The position numbers and the translations under genes are program-made. A model generated the notes under the pieces. It saw nothing but the letters and a program-made list of their open reading frames with translations, searched no databases and was not told where the DNA came from. A DNA stretch of 64,000 nucleotides. Origin: an uncultured Gemmatimonadales bacterium. GTDB lineage: Bacteria > Gemmatimonadota > Gemmatimonadetes > Longimicrobiales > Gaopeijiaceae. Of this stretch, positions 51,490-62,021 are shown piece after piece. The DNA is taken from contig CAWGKG010000018.1 of assembly GCA_963823035.1 (NCBI GenBank), positions 192,001-256,000 on the forward strand, in the 5' to 3' direction. The first letter of the stretch is position 1. The number at the start of each line of letters is the position of its first letter.

Positions 51490-51616
51490 GCTTCGTCTTC
51501 CGGGTTCGGTTGGGCGCGGTTCCGCCTCGCAATTTCGGCAATCCCGGCGTGTGCCCGAAGTCGGGAAATCCCCGACATGCGCAGACGGGCTCCGGATCGT
51601 CCCGCGGCGCGGCCCG

Positions 51617-53194
51617 TCAGGGGCGTCGCTTCATCTCCAGCTCGTAGAACCAGAGGTCGTCGTTGGGCACATCGAGCTTCATCTGCTCGACGGCACCCGT
51701 TCGATCGAGCACGAAGGTGGCCGTCCCCTTCCCGAACCACGCGAGGTTCTTGCGCCAGCGCAGTAGGAAGGTGTCGTACTGCAGCGGCTCGAGATCGGCG
51801 ACCAGGTCGGGGTTGGGGAGGAGGCGCAGCACGAGCTTGCCGTTCTCCAGCGATACCTCGCCGTCGCCGTACAGGTCGCCGCCGTACGTTCCGGCGTAGC
51901 CCTCGAGGGGCAGCGACGGTCTCGTGCCCGGCGACGCGGGTCTGCTCCGCCTCGTCCTGACGCGCCTCGAAGCGCGCCCGCGACGCGATCCAGTCCGGGA
52001 GGGCCTCGGCGCTCCAGTCGCGCGGCTCCCCACCCAGGTAGGCGTCGAGCACGCGGTAGACCAGCGCGGGCGCCACCCCCGTCATCGCGTTGGTCAGCAC
52101 CACGATGCCCAGATGCTCCTCCGGGACCAGCGCCACCTGCGAGTACATCCCGTCGTAGCCACCGCCGTGGCTCACGACCTTCCGGCCGCGGTAGTCCGCG
52201 AGGCTCCACCCCAGCCCGTAGCCGCGGAAGTGCGTCGTGGGATAGCGGGCCGCATAGCTCGGCGAGACTGCCAGGGGGTTGTTCACGCGCCACATCTCGC
52301 CCTGGTCCGCCGCCCGGAAGAGGGGTACCCCGTCGTACTCGCCCCCCGACGAGCTGCGCGATGAGCCAGTGCGACATGTCGTGGACGGAGGAGATGACGC
52401 CGCCCGCGGCGCCCATGGCGTCCCAGTTGTACCACCCGATCGGGACGACCTCGCCGCGCTCGTTCTTGTGCGGCGTGGCCACGTTGTCGAGGCCGTCCAG
52501 CATGCGCGTGGAGGCGACCGTCCGGGTCATCCCCAGCGGCCGGAAGAAATGCTCCGGCATGTAGTCGTGCCAGTCCTGCCCGCTCACCGCGCGCAGGACC
52601 TCTCCGGCCGCGATGAACATCAGGTTCGAGTAGCCGTACCCAGCGCGGAAGGGATACGCCTGCGGGAGGAAGCGCGCGCGACGCACGACCTCCTCGGCGC
52701 TGTAGCCGGTGCCGTACCAGAGAAGGTCCCCGGAATAGGTGCCGAGACCGCTCCGATGCGAGAGCAGATCGCGCACGCGCATCTCCTGCGTGACCCACGG
52801 ATCGTACAGGCGGAACCACGGCAGGTGGTCGATCACCCGGTCGTCCCAGGACAGCCGCCCCGCATCGACCTGTTGCGCGAGCGCGGCGACCGTGAACGCC
52901 TTCGAGTTGGAGGCGATCGCGTACAGGGTGTTCTCGTCCACGGGATCGCTGCCGCGCGCGTCGCGCACGCCGTAGCCCCGCTCGAGGACGACCTTCCCGT
53001 CCTTGACGATCGCCACGGAGAAGCCCGGCACGGGCCAGTCGCTCCGGGCCTTCGCGAAGTAGGCGTCGAGCGCGCGCACATCCGGCTGTTGTGCGCGTAG
53101 CGCCTGGCTCTGCGAAGAGCAGGAGGAGGAGGGCGAGGAACGGGCGCAGCCGGATGGAGAGTCCGGCGTCGCGGGGCGTCGTGCGACGGATCAT
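51617..53194 (-). CDS. Secreted serine hydrolase (beta-lactamase/class C-like) with DUF3471-like C-terminal domain; three frameshifts (about 53100, 52345, 51930)
   Basis: Signal peptide; VPGFSVAIVKDG, IASNSKAF (SxxK), LLSHRSG, YGYSN, YGLGW, HGGGYDG, LEGYAGTY..DLYG. Confidence 0.88.
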
Positions 53195-53287
53195 GGGGGA
53201 ACTCCCGGGCGGATGGGCGTCCGGAATCTACCGCCGACCGGAGCGGCGCGGTCACCGCGCCCGGGCGCTCGCGCGGGAAGGCCTCCC

Positions 53288-53303
53288 TGGCATGCCCTTT
53301 GCG
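53288..53303 (+). promoter_or_regulatory. Putative sigma-54 (-24/-12) promoter
   Basis: TGGCATGCCCTTTGCG matches TGGCACG-N4-TTGC with GG-N10-GC spacing; about 90 nt upstream of GTG 53396. Confidence 0.55.
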
Positions 53304-53395
53304 TCTCTCACCCCGCGATCGACGCGCAGGATCGACGCCGCCCGGTCGTGTTTCCGGGCGCGCCTTGCCCTTGTTTTCGCAAAGGAGGACAACAC

Positions 53396-53785
53396 GTGCG
53401 ACGCCTGACGATGGGACTCGCCCTGGCGGCCCTGGCCGTCCTTCCGACCACACTCACCGCCCAGCAGGCGCAGAGCTCCGACAATGCGGCGGCTACGCTG
53501 CGTGCGATGGCCACGCGGCCTTCCGCCCCGCAGAGCGACCGCGCCACCGTCTCCACGTTCCTTCAGCGCGACGACGTGCGCCGCGTGGCCGGTGAGCGCG
53601 GTATCGACATGAACGCGCTCGAGAATGGTGTCGCCACCCTCGACGACGACGCGGCCGCCGACCTCGCCCAGCGCATCCGCACGGCGGACGACCAGGCGGC
53701 GCACGTGGGCGGTGACACGTTCGTGATCTCGTCCACCGTCGTGATCATCGCGCTCCTCGTGATCATCCTCGTCGTGGTGTCTTGA
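53396..53785 (+). CDS. PA2779-like secreted protein with Gly-Gly motif and hydrophobic C-terminal tail
   Basis: AAAGGAGG RBS and GTG start; signal peptide; DRA.V..FL.R.DV......GID......VATL.D...DLA..I pattern; VGG followed by DTFVISSTVVIIALLVIILVVVS. Confidence 0.75.
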   Translation: MRRLTMGLALAALAVLPTTLTAQQAQSSDNAAATLRAMATRPSAPQSDRATVSTFLQRDDVRRVAGERGIDMNALENGVATLDDDAAADLAQRIRTADDQAAHVGGDTFVISSTVVIIALLVIILVVVS

Positions 53786-55716
53786 CCCCGACCACCCTCG
53801 GCGTCCTGGCCGCCGGCCTGGCGATCGCCGGGCCGGCGCCGGAGGCGCTCCATCCGCTTCCCGATTCCCTCCCTGGACGCGTAGGGATCGAGGTTCCCTT
53901 CGTACCGCAGGGCCCGCTCCTCTGCGGCGGTGCCGCCGCCGCGATGGTGGAGCGCTTCTGGGGTGCGCGCGGGGTCTACGCCGAGGACTTCTCGCGGCTC
54001 GTGCGCCCCCGAGAGGACGGCATCCGCGGACGCGCGCTCGCCGCCGCGCTGGATCGCCGCGGCTATGTCACACGCATACACCAGGACGATCCTTCCGTCC
54101 TCTCCGCGACGCTCGCTGCCGGCGTCCCGCTCATCGTGCTCCTCGACGCCGACGGACGGTCCCTGCACTACGTGGTCGTCGTGGGCCTCGACGACACGTC
54201 CGCCTGGATCCACGACCCCGCCCGAGGACCCTCACGACGCCTGCCGCGCAGTGAGCTGCTCAGCCGTTGGGCCGAGGCCGACGACTGGGCCCTGGTGGTG
54301 CGTCCCGACCACCACCCCGATGGCGACACGCCACCACGCGACACGTCAGCCGCGGCGAGCGACGACGCCACGTCGGGCGCGAGCGCGTCGCCCCCGGCAC
54401 CACCGTCACCCCTCCTGCAGGAGGGTATCGCCTATCTGAGAGCCCGGAACTACGCCGCAGCGCGGACCGCCGCCCGGCTCGCCCTCGAGCGGGACCGGTC
54501 CCAGCCCCTGGCCTGGCAGCTGCTCGCGACGGCGCGTTACCTCGACGGCGAGCGCGTAGGAGCGCTCCGCGCGTGGAACCGCGTGGGCGAGCCCCGCCTC
54601 GACCTCCTCGTTCTCCAGGGGCTGCAGAGCAACCGAGATCCGGTCGTGCGCGGTGCCCTCGGCCTGCGGCACGAACGGGTGCTCACGCCCCACGACTTCC
54701 GGCTCGCCGAGCGCCGGCTGGGCGCCGTCCCGGCGCTTGCCGCGAGCCGGCTGGACTACAGCACCCTCCCGGACGGCTCCGTGGAGGCCACGGCCCACAC
54801 CCTCGAACGGCCCCGGTGGCCCACGGGCCGCCTGGCGCTCGCGTCCGCCGCGGCCGAAGCGGCCTTCGACCGTCGCACCACGCTGAGCGCCGGTCCGTTC
54901 CTGGGTGCCGGCGACCGCGCCACCGTAGCCGCCCAGTGGGACCCCGCCCTCGCCGTCGCACGTCTGCAGTTGCGCACGCTCGCGCCGCCCCTTCCGGGCG
55001 TCGTGGGGGTTACGCTGGACTGGCGGCGGATGCGCGCCACATCGGGCGACGCCGAGACCCGTTGGGACGAGCGGATCCACGCCGGGATGGAGCTGCGACA
55101 GTGGATCCACCCCGCCCTGCGTGTCGACGCGGGCGCGGGGCTCGACCGATGGGTGGGGCTCGGAAGGCTCGCGACCGCCTGTCTCGGGCTCCGTCTGGCC
55201 GTCGCCGGGGACCGGCTGATTGTCGGCACGCGCGGCGAGGCGTGGCGGGGGGCGGGAGCCTCCTTCGGACGCGCGTCGTTGCGGGTGAAGGGGCGGCTGG
55301 CGCGTGGAGCGAGCCGGGAGTGGCGCCTGGACGCCGGTGTGGCGGGCGCCACCGAGTCCGCGCCCCCGCTCGCCTGGTGGTCCGCGGAAACGGGCCGGCT
55401 GGGCGACGTGCTCCTGCGCGGCCATCCGGCCGTTCGGGACGACGCGGTCGCGGGGCCTGCCTTCGGACGCGGGCTCGCGCACGCCTCGGTCGAGCACGTG
55501 GTACTCCGCCGTCTCGGTCCGGCCCGTGCCGGCGCGGCCCTCTTCCTCGACGCCGCGAGGGCGTGGCACACGCCCAGGGCGCGGCGTACGCCGGTGTACG
55601 TCGACATCGGGACCGGCCTGCGCGTCGAACTCGGGGGGCGCCTGCTACGCCTGGACGTCGCACGCGGCGAAAGGTCGTGGGTCCTGTCCGCGCAGGCGGG
55701 CGCTTCGATCAACTGA
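53782..55716 (+). CDS. C39-like cysteine peptidase (PA2778-like) fused to TPR and a putative POTRA/Omp85-type beta-barrel
   Basis: VPFVPQ...LCGGAAAAMV (Gln, Cys), HYVVVVG (His), IHDP (Asp); TPR-like helices; C-terminal strands LLRGHP...ALFLDAA.AW...DIGTGLRV...LRLDVARG; TTGA coupling to the upstream gene. Confidence 0.75.
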   Translation: MTPTTLGVLAAGLAIAGPAPEALHPLPDSLPGRVGIEVPFVPQGPLLCGGAAAAMVERFWGARGVYAEDFSRLVRPREDGIRGRALAAALDRRGYVTRIHQDDPSVLSATLAAGVPLIVLLDADGRSLHYVVVVGLDDTSAWIHDPARGPSRRLPRSELLSRWAEADDWALVVRPDHHPDGDTPPRDTSAAASDDATSGASASPPAPPSPLLQEGIAYLRARNYAAARTAARLALERDRSQPLAWQLLATARYLDGERVGALRAWNRVGEPRLDLLVLQGLQSNRDPVVRGALGLRHERVLTPHDFRLAERRLGAVPALAASRLDYSTLPDGSVEATAHTLERPRWPTGRLALASAAAEAAFDRRTTLSAGPFLGAGDRATVAAQWDPALAVARLQLRTLAPPLPGVVGVTLDWRRMRATSGDAETRWDERIHAGMELRQWIHPALRVDAGAGLDRWVGLGRLATACLGLRLAVAGDRLIVGTRGEAWRGAGASFGRASLRVKGRLARGASREWRLDAGVAGATESAPPLAWWSAETGRLGDVLLRGHPAVRDDAVAGPAFGRGLAHASVEHVVLRRLGPARAGAALFLDAARAWHTPRARRTPVYVDIGTGLRVELGGRLLRLDVARGERSWVLSAQAGASIN

Positions 55717-55737
55717 CTGACCCGGGCGTGGTCCGCC

Positions 55738-57097
55738 CTACAGCCCGAAGAGCCTCAGGAAGTCGTTGGACAGCGCCCAGAGCATGATGCCCATCACGAT
55801 CAGGAAGCCCACGTTGCTCCAGCGCAGCCGCTGCTCCACCGACAGGGCCCGGCCGCGCACGGCCTCGATGCCCAGGAAGAGGAGGTGCCCGCCATCGAGC
55901 ACCGGGATGGGCAGGAGGTTCAGGATCGCGAGGTTCACGCTGAAGAGCGCCATGAACTGCAGAAACTGGTCGATCCCGGCGCGCACCGCGGTTCCCGAGG
56001 CCTCGCCGATCGTGACGATCGAGCCCACGGAGCGTGGCGACACCCCGCCGGTGACCAGATCGCGGAGGAAGCCGAGGATCATCCCGGTCACGCCGACGGT
56101 CTGGCGATAGCCCGCCACCACGGCATCGCCGATCGAGACAGGCTCGTACGCCATGATCCGGTCGAGCGGCGGATAGATCCCGACCTTGCCCACCTCCTTC
56201 CTCGTCCCGTCGGGCTGCTCCTCCTCGACCGCGTCCAGGGTGACGGGGCGGATCAGCTCCCCCCCGTCGCGGACGCAGGGTGAGGTCCACGCGCTCGCCG
56301 GGCCGTGCCTCGACGAGAGCCCGGAAGTCGTACCAGCTGTCCACCTTGACGCCGTTCACGGAGACGATCTCGTCCCCCTCCTTCAGACCGGCCTTGTCGG
56401 CGGGCGATCCCGGATTCACGATGCCGACCGCGGCGTCCAGCCCATAGCCGATGGCCTGGATCACGTGCCGACGGGCCTCCTCGTCCGCGGGGAGATCGAT
56501 CCTCAGCGTGTCCGCCGGATCGGACACGATCACGTCGGTCGGGCCCGGCGTGCCGGCGTACAGGCCCTCCTCGACGTCGCCCCAGTCCTCGATCGCGAGG
56601 TCGCCGATGCGCACGATATGGGAGCCCGGCTGGATCCGTGCGAGCGCGTCCGTGCCCGGTGGAAGGAGCGCGGCGTCGACCTGCCCGACCCGCGTCGTGT
56701 CGATCTTCGGGAATCCCCAGTGCGCGTACACGAAGGTGTAGACGGCGAAGGCGAAGATCATGTTCATGATCACGCCCGCGGAGATCACGAACGTGCGCGC
56801 CCAGATCGGCTTGGCGTCGAAGTCGCGCGGTCCGGGCACGCGCTCGGACCCCGCGGCGCCGCCCTCGAGGCGCTCCATGACCTCGTCGTCCATCCCGCCC
56901 ATCTTCACGTAGCCCCCGAGGGGGATCGCGCTGAGGACGTACTCGGTCTCGCCCCTCTTGAGGCCGAGGAGCTTGGGGCCGAGGCCGATGGAGAAGCGCT
57001 GCACCTCGACGCCCACGGCCTTCGCCGCGGCGAAGTGGCCGAGCTCGTGCACGAAGATGAGCACGCCGAGCACGATGATTGTCGCGAGAATGGTCAT
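55738..57097 (-). CDS. rseP: RIP metalloprotease RseP with PDZ domains; frameshift near 56270
   Basis: HELGH, RFSIGLG, IPLGGYVKM, AGVIMN, PGSPADKAGLKEGD | NLAILNLLPIPVLDGGH. Confidence 0.94.
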
Positions 57098-58266
57098 GCG
57101 GTCGTCTCTGTACGGACACGTTCGAGCCGCTCCACGGCGGCGAGCGCGAATCGGCGTGCCGCCGCATCGGCGGCCAAGACGTCCTCGACGGCGTGGACCT
57201 CGTGCGTGCCCACGCCTTCCAGGGCGGCCGATACCACGTCCGCCATCTCCGGGAAGCGAACCCTCTCCTCGAGAAACGCCTGGACGGCGATCTCGTTCCC
57301 CGCGTTGTACACCGCCGCGGCGCATCCGCCCCGGCGGCCGGCCTCCACGCCCAGCCCGAAGAGGGGGAACGACGCGTGGTCGATCGCCTCGAAGGTGAGC
57401 GGCGAAGCCTTCACCGGATCGTACGTCCTCAGGGCGCCGTCCTCCACCCTCTCCGGATAGCTCAACGCGTACAGGATCGGAAGCTCCATCGTCGGGAAAC
57501 CCATCTGCGCCAGCACCGATCCGTCCACGAACTCGACGAACGAATGCACGATCGACTGGGGATGGACCACGGCGCCGATCCGGTCGTACCCGAAGCCGTA
57601 GAGGAAGTGCGCCTCGATCACCTCGAGGGCCTTGTTCGCCAACGTCGCCGAGTCCACGGTGATCTTCGCGCCCATGTCCCAGGTGGGATGGTTGAGCGCC
57701 TCGGAAGGGCGTACGTGCAGGAGCGCTTCCGGGTTCCGTCCCCGGAACGGGCCGCCGGACGCCGTGAGCGTGATGCGTGCCACGGCGGCGCGGTCGTAGC
57801 CCTCCAGGCACTGGAGGATCGCGCTGTGCTCGGAGTCGATGGGCACGATCTCCGCCCCGCCCCGCCCCGCCGCCTGGAGCACGAGCGGGCCGCCGGCCAC
57901 CAGCGACTCCTTGTTCGCGAGCGCGAGCCGGTGCCCGGCCTCCAGAGCCAACAGGGTGGGCTCGAGCCCCGCGGAGCCCACGAGCGCGTTCACGACCACG
58001 TCCACGCCGGAGAGCGCCGCCGCCTCGAGCACGGCGCCGCGCCCCCTCCGCCACTCGGTGCCCCCGCCCGACGCCGGTAGCGTCACGCCCGGGTCGCCGA
58101 CCACGGCCAGCTTCGGACGGAAATGCTCCACCAGGGCTGCGAGGTCGTCGACGCGTCGGCGCGACGTGAGGGCGACCACCTCGAAGCGGCCGGGATGCCG
58201 CGACACGACCTTCAGCGTGCTGCGGCCGATCGAGCCGGTGGCGCCGAGCACCGCGACGCGGATCAC
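57094..58266 (-). CDS. dxr: 1-deoxy-D-xylulose-5-phosphate reductoisomerase
   Basis: LGATGSIG, LANKESLV, PIDSEHSAI, TASGGPF, HPTWDMGAKITVDSATL.NK.LE, HPQSIVHS, NAGNE. Confidence 0.96.
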   Translation of the reverse strand: MIRVAVLGATGSIGRSTLKVVSRHPGRFEVVALTSRRRVDDLAALVEHFRPKLAVVGDPGVTLPASGGGTEWRRGRGAVLEAAALSGVDVVVNALVGSAGLEPTLLALEAGHRLALANKESLVAGGPLVLQAAGRGGAEIVPIDSEHSAILQCLEGYDRAAVARITLTASGGPFRGRNPEALLHVRPSEALNHPTWDMGAKITVDSATLANKALEVIEAHFLYGFGYDRIGAVVHPQSIVHSFVEFVDGSVLAQMGFPTMELPILYALSYPERVEDGALRTYDPVKASPLTFEAIDHASFPLFGLGVEAGRRGGCAAAVYNAGNEIAVQAFLEERVRFPEMADVVSAALEGVGTHEVHAVEDVLAADAAARRFALAAVERLERVRTETTA

Positions 58267-59145
58267 GACAGCACCTCCGCTACCCGGAGCACCACGTAGG
58301 CCAGCGGGAAGGTGTAGGTCAGCGCGTCCAGGCGATCCAGCACGCCCCCGTGCCCGCGGAGGAGCTTCCCTGAGTCCTTCACGCCCGCCTCGCGCTTGAG
58401 GAGCGACTCTGCGAGGTCGCCGAGGATGGCGCCGACACCGAGGAGCGCACCCGTGGCGGCGAAGGCGACCCACCCGTCGAACGGCAGCCCGGGTAGGGTG
58501 TCCCTGCAGATGAAGTACCAGCGCGACGCCCGCCGCCGCGGCGCCGGCGATTCCCGCCCACGCCCCGACCCAGCTCTTCTTCGGACTCACCGAAGGGAAG
58601 AGCTTCGCGCGCCCCCACGCCGTCCCGAAGAAGTACGCCGCGCCGTCACCCACCCACGTGGCGGCCAGAGGGAGGGCGACGGCCATCGCGCCGGTCCAGG
58701 GCGATCCGGTCACGGGGCCCCACCCCATACGATCCGGGAGGTCGTAGAGGAGCAGCGCGAACGCAAGCGGAAGCCCCGCGTAGGCCGATCCCAGCACCGT
58801 CACCGAAACCGCGGGCAACGGGTGTCCCTTGGGTCCGCGCAGCCAGAGCGCAAGGGTCAGGGCGGCCACGCCGAGACCGATGAGCAGGCCGAGGAGGAGC
58901 GGCGCGGCGCTCGCGTAGTCGGTACGCGCCACGGCCACGAGCGGGGCCGCCGCCGCCACGGGCATGCCCAGCCAGCTCAGCGGGCGGATGCCCTTCGTCT
59001 CCGCGAGCCGATACGCCTCGCCGGCCCCCAGGAAAGCGAACACCGCGAGGAAGGCGCCCAGGTACCACCCCCCCACGTACAGGAGGCCGAGGACCGCCGG
59101 AATGCCGACCGCGGCGACGGCGATGCGGGATCCGAGGTCCTTCAC
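58263..59145 (-). CDS. cdsA: Phosphatidate cytidylyltransferase; frameshift near 58520
   Basis: [21 protein letters not shown] | [31 protein letters not shown] in the next frame. Confidence 0.92.
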
Positions 59146-59886
59146 GGGGCGGAGACGCGCCCGAACCGCCGCTCCCGACGTTGGTAGTCGGCCACCGCCT
59201 CGAAGAGCTGCGCCCGATCGAAGTCGGGCCAGAGCACGGGCGTGATGTGCAACTCCGTGTAGGCGAGCTGCCAGAGGAGGAAGTTGCTGATGCGGTACTC
59301 CCCGGACGTGCGGATGAGGAGGTCGGGGTCGGGCAGGTCGGCCGTGAACAACATCGAATGGAAGAGCGTCTTCGTCGATGTCCTCCGGGAGGGTCTCCCC
59401 CGCCACGGCGCGGCGCGCCAGCTCGCGGGCGGCGCGTACGATCTCCTCTCGCCCTCCGTAGGAGATCATGAGGTTGAGGCGCAGCGTCCGGCCCCCGCGC
59501 GTGCCGTCGACGATCGTGTCGATCGCACGGCGGGTGGCGTCGTCGACGCGGTCGAGCTCGCCCAGCACGTAGACCTCTACGCCCTGGCGCTTGAGCTCCG
59601 CCAGCTCCTTGCGCGCGTAGAGCTGGAGCAGGGCCATGAGCGCGGTCACCTCACGCGGCGGGCGCTGCCAGTTCTCGGTGGAGAAGGCGAAGAGCGTCAG
59701 GATCTCGATGCCCACGTCCACGGCGCCCTCGATGGCCTCCCGCACCGCCTTCATCCCCTCGCGGTGGCCACGGTACCGCGGAAGGTCCCGCTGGCGAGCC
59801 CATCGCCCGTTCCCGTCCATGATGATGGCCACGTGCCGGGGCACGTCGCCGTTCAGGCGGATCCGGTCCAGCAGCTCGGACGACAT
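59142..59886 (-). CDS. uppS: Undecaprenyl diphosphate synthase; frameshift near 59365
   Basis: [32 protein letters not shown] | [29 protein letters not shown]. Confidence 0.95.
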
Positions 59887-59900
59887 GGCCTGGAGTCCCG

Positions 59901-60452
59901 CTAGAGCGCCAGGACTTCCTCTTCCTTGTGCTTGAGAAGCTCGTCGATCTTCTCGGTGTACTCGTGCGTCAGCTTCTCGAGAGCGTCCTCGCGCTTGTGG
60001 CCCTCGTCCTCGCCGATCTCGTGGTCCTTCACCTTCTGGTGCAGCTCGTCGCGGACGATGCGGCGCGCGTGGCGGATCGAGACCCGGCCCTCCTCGGCCA
60101 TCTTGTGCAGGAGCTTCACGTACTCCTTGCGCCGCTCCTCGTTCAGGGGAGGGATCGGCACGCGGATGACGTTGCCGTCGTTGCCCGGGTTCAGCCCCAG
60201 GTCCGCGGCCTGGATGGCCTTCTCCACGGCGCCCATCAACGTCTTGTCGAACGGCTGCACCACGAGCAGGCTGGGCTCAGGCGTGTGGATCGTGGCCACC
60301 TGATTGATGGGCATCTTCGAGCCGTAGGCGTCCACCCGGACGGTGTCCAGGAGGGCGGGCGTCGCCTTGCCCGTTCGGACCGAGGCGAACTCCCTGCGCA
60401 TGGCTTCGAGCGCTTCTTCCATCCGCCGTTTGGCGTCTTCCACCGTGCTCAT
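59901..60452 (-). CDS. frr: Ribosome recycling factor
   Basis: VRTGKATP, V.AYG, QPFD, DLGLNP.NDG..IRVPIPPL.EERRKE. Confidence 0.97.
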   Translation of the reverse strand: MSTVEDAKRRMEEALEAMRREFASVRTGKATPALLDTVRVDAYGSKMPINQVATIHTPEPSLLVVQPFDKTLMGAVEKAIQAADLGLNPGNDGNVIRVPIPPLNEERRKEYVKLLHKMAEEGRVSIRHARRIVRDELHQKVKDHEIGEDEGHKREDALEKLTHEYTEKIDELLKHKEEEVLAL

Positions 60453-60494
60453 GATCTCTCCGGGTGTCTTTCGGGAAACCGCCGTGGAGAACCC

Positions 60495-61220
60495 TCAGGA
60501 TACAAGCGTGCCCACCCGCTCACCACGGATGGCCGCGGCCACGGCGCCGCGCTCCTCCAGGTTGAGCACGATGATGGGCAAACCGTTCTCCTTGCAGAGC
60601 GAAACGGCCGCCGCGTCCATCACACCGAGCTCCTTCGCCATCACCTCCTGGAAGGTCACCGTGGGGAGGAAGGTGGCGTCCGGGTCCTTGTGGGGATCCG
60701 CGGTGAACACGCCCTGCACCTTCGTGGCCTTGATGACGACGTCCGACTCCATCTCGATGGCGCGCAGCACCGCCGCCGTGTCGGTCGAAAAATAGGGATT
60801 GCCGGTGCCGCCGGCGAAGATCACGACCATCCCCTTCTCCATGTGCCGCATGGCGCGACGCCGGATATAGGGCTCCGCGATCTCCTCCATGCGAATCGCG
60901 GTCAGGACGCGGGTCTCGACGCCCTTGTGCTCCAGGAGGTCCTGCACCGCCAGGGCGTTGATGACCGTGGCGAGCATCCCCATGTAGTCGGCCTGCACGC
61001 GGTCCATCCCCTGGCGGGACGCGATCGCGCCGCGGACGATGTTGCCGCCGCCGATCACCACGCCGAGCGAGACGCCCATCTCCGTGATGGAGCGGATCTC
61101 GTCCGTCAGCCGATCCACGACCTTCGGCTCGATGCCGAAGCCACGATCTCCGGCGAGCGCTTCACCGGACAACTTGAGGAGGACCCGCCGGTATTTCGTC
61201 CCGGACGTGGGGTCGCTCAT
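60495..61220 (-). CDS. pyrH: UMP kinase
   Basis: RVLLKLSGEAL, GGGNI.RG, DYMGMLATVIN, GTGNPYFSTDTAA.LRA.E. Confidence 0.97.
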   Translation of the reverse strand: MSDPTSGTKYRRVLLKLSGEALAGDRGFGIEPKVVDRLTDEIRSITEMGVSLGVVIGGGNIVRGAIASRQGMDRVQADYMGMLATVINALAVQDLLEHKGVETRVLTAIRMEEIAEPYIRRRAMRHMEKGMVVIFAGGTGNPYFSTDTAAVLRAIEMESDVVIKATKVQGVFTADPHKDPDATFLPTVTFQEVMAKELGVMDAAAVSLCKENGLPIIVLNLEERGAVAAAIRGERVGTLVS

Positions 61221-61243
61221 GGGCAGTCTGCCTCCTGGGTGGG

Positions 61244-61846
61244 TCAGCGCTCTCCGACCTTGAAGCGCATGAAGCGCGCGACCTGGATCTTCTCGCCGGT
61301 CTTGCCCACGACGTCCGTCACGAGCTGCTCGATCGTCTTGTCGGGGTCCTTCACGAAGGGCTGCGCCAGCAGGGTGTTCTCCTTGAAGAACTTCTGCATC
61401 TTGCCCTCCACGATCTTCGCCGCGATCGCCTCGGGCTTGCCCTCCTCCTTCACCTGCTCCTCGAAGACGCGGCGCTCGCGCTCCACCACCTCGGCGGGGA
61501 TGTCGTCCGGGGACACGGCCAGCGGCGCGGCGGACGCGATGTGGAGCGCGAGGTCCTTCGCGAGCGCCTTGAAGTCGTCGGTGTTCGCGACGAAGTCGGT
61601 CTCGCAGTTCACCTCCACCATCACGGCCGTCTTGCCGTCGAAGTGGACGTAGCTGCCGATGACGCCCTGGTTCGCCGCCTTCTCGGCGCGCTTCGCGGCC
61701 TTGGCGGCGCCCCTGGCACGCAGGTGGTCGATCGCCTTCTCCAGGTCACCGCCGGTCTCGGCAAGGGCCTTCTTGCAGTCCATCATCCCCGCGCCCGTCA
61801 TGTCGCGGAGCTTCTTCACGTCCTGGGCACTGATCGTCGTCGTCAT
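61244..61846 (-). CDS. tsf: Elongation factor Ts (short, about 200 aa form)
   Basis: VKKLRDMTGAGMMDCKKAL, EVNCETDFVA, KIVEGK, LLAQPFVKD. Confidence 0.97.
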   Translation of the reverse strand: MTTTISAQDVKKLRDMTGAGMMDCKKALAETGGDLEKAIDHLRARGAAKAAKRAEKAANQGVIGSYVHFDGKTAVMVEVNCETDFVANTDDFKALAKDLALHIASAAPLAVSPDDIPAEVVERERRVFEEQVKEEGKPEAIAAKIVEGKMQKFFKENTLLAQPFVKDPDKTIEQLVTDVVGKTGEKIQVARFMRFKVGER

Positions 61847-62021
61847 GGGTCGATCCGTCGTGTCGTTCATCCGTACCGCGGCAGCGCGCCGCGGGCCCAC
61901 GAAAAGAGGCGGAGCCGTCGGGGCCGAAGCCCCGTCGCCGCTGCCGCCTCCTGTGCTCACCCGGGCCTTCGGCGCAGACGAGCGTCCGTCCTCCTCCTGG
62001 CCCGGCCCAGCCGGAAAGCGC

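Noticed and set aside
57094..59886. 930-aa ORF that looks like a UppS-CdsA-Dxr triple fusion
   Set aside because: Artefact of two frameshifts. The true C-termini of UppS and CdsA, each with its own stop and NTGA coupling, lie in other frames.
61244..61846. Short EF-Ts as a truncation
   Set aside because: Forms of about 200 aa are a known natural class (Thermus-type), and both termini look complete.
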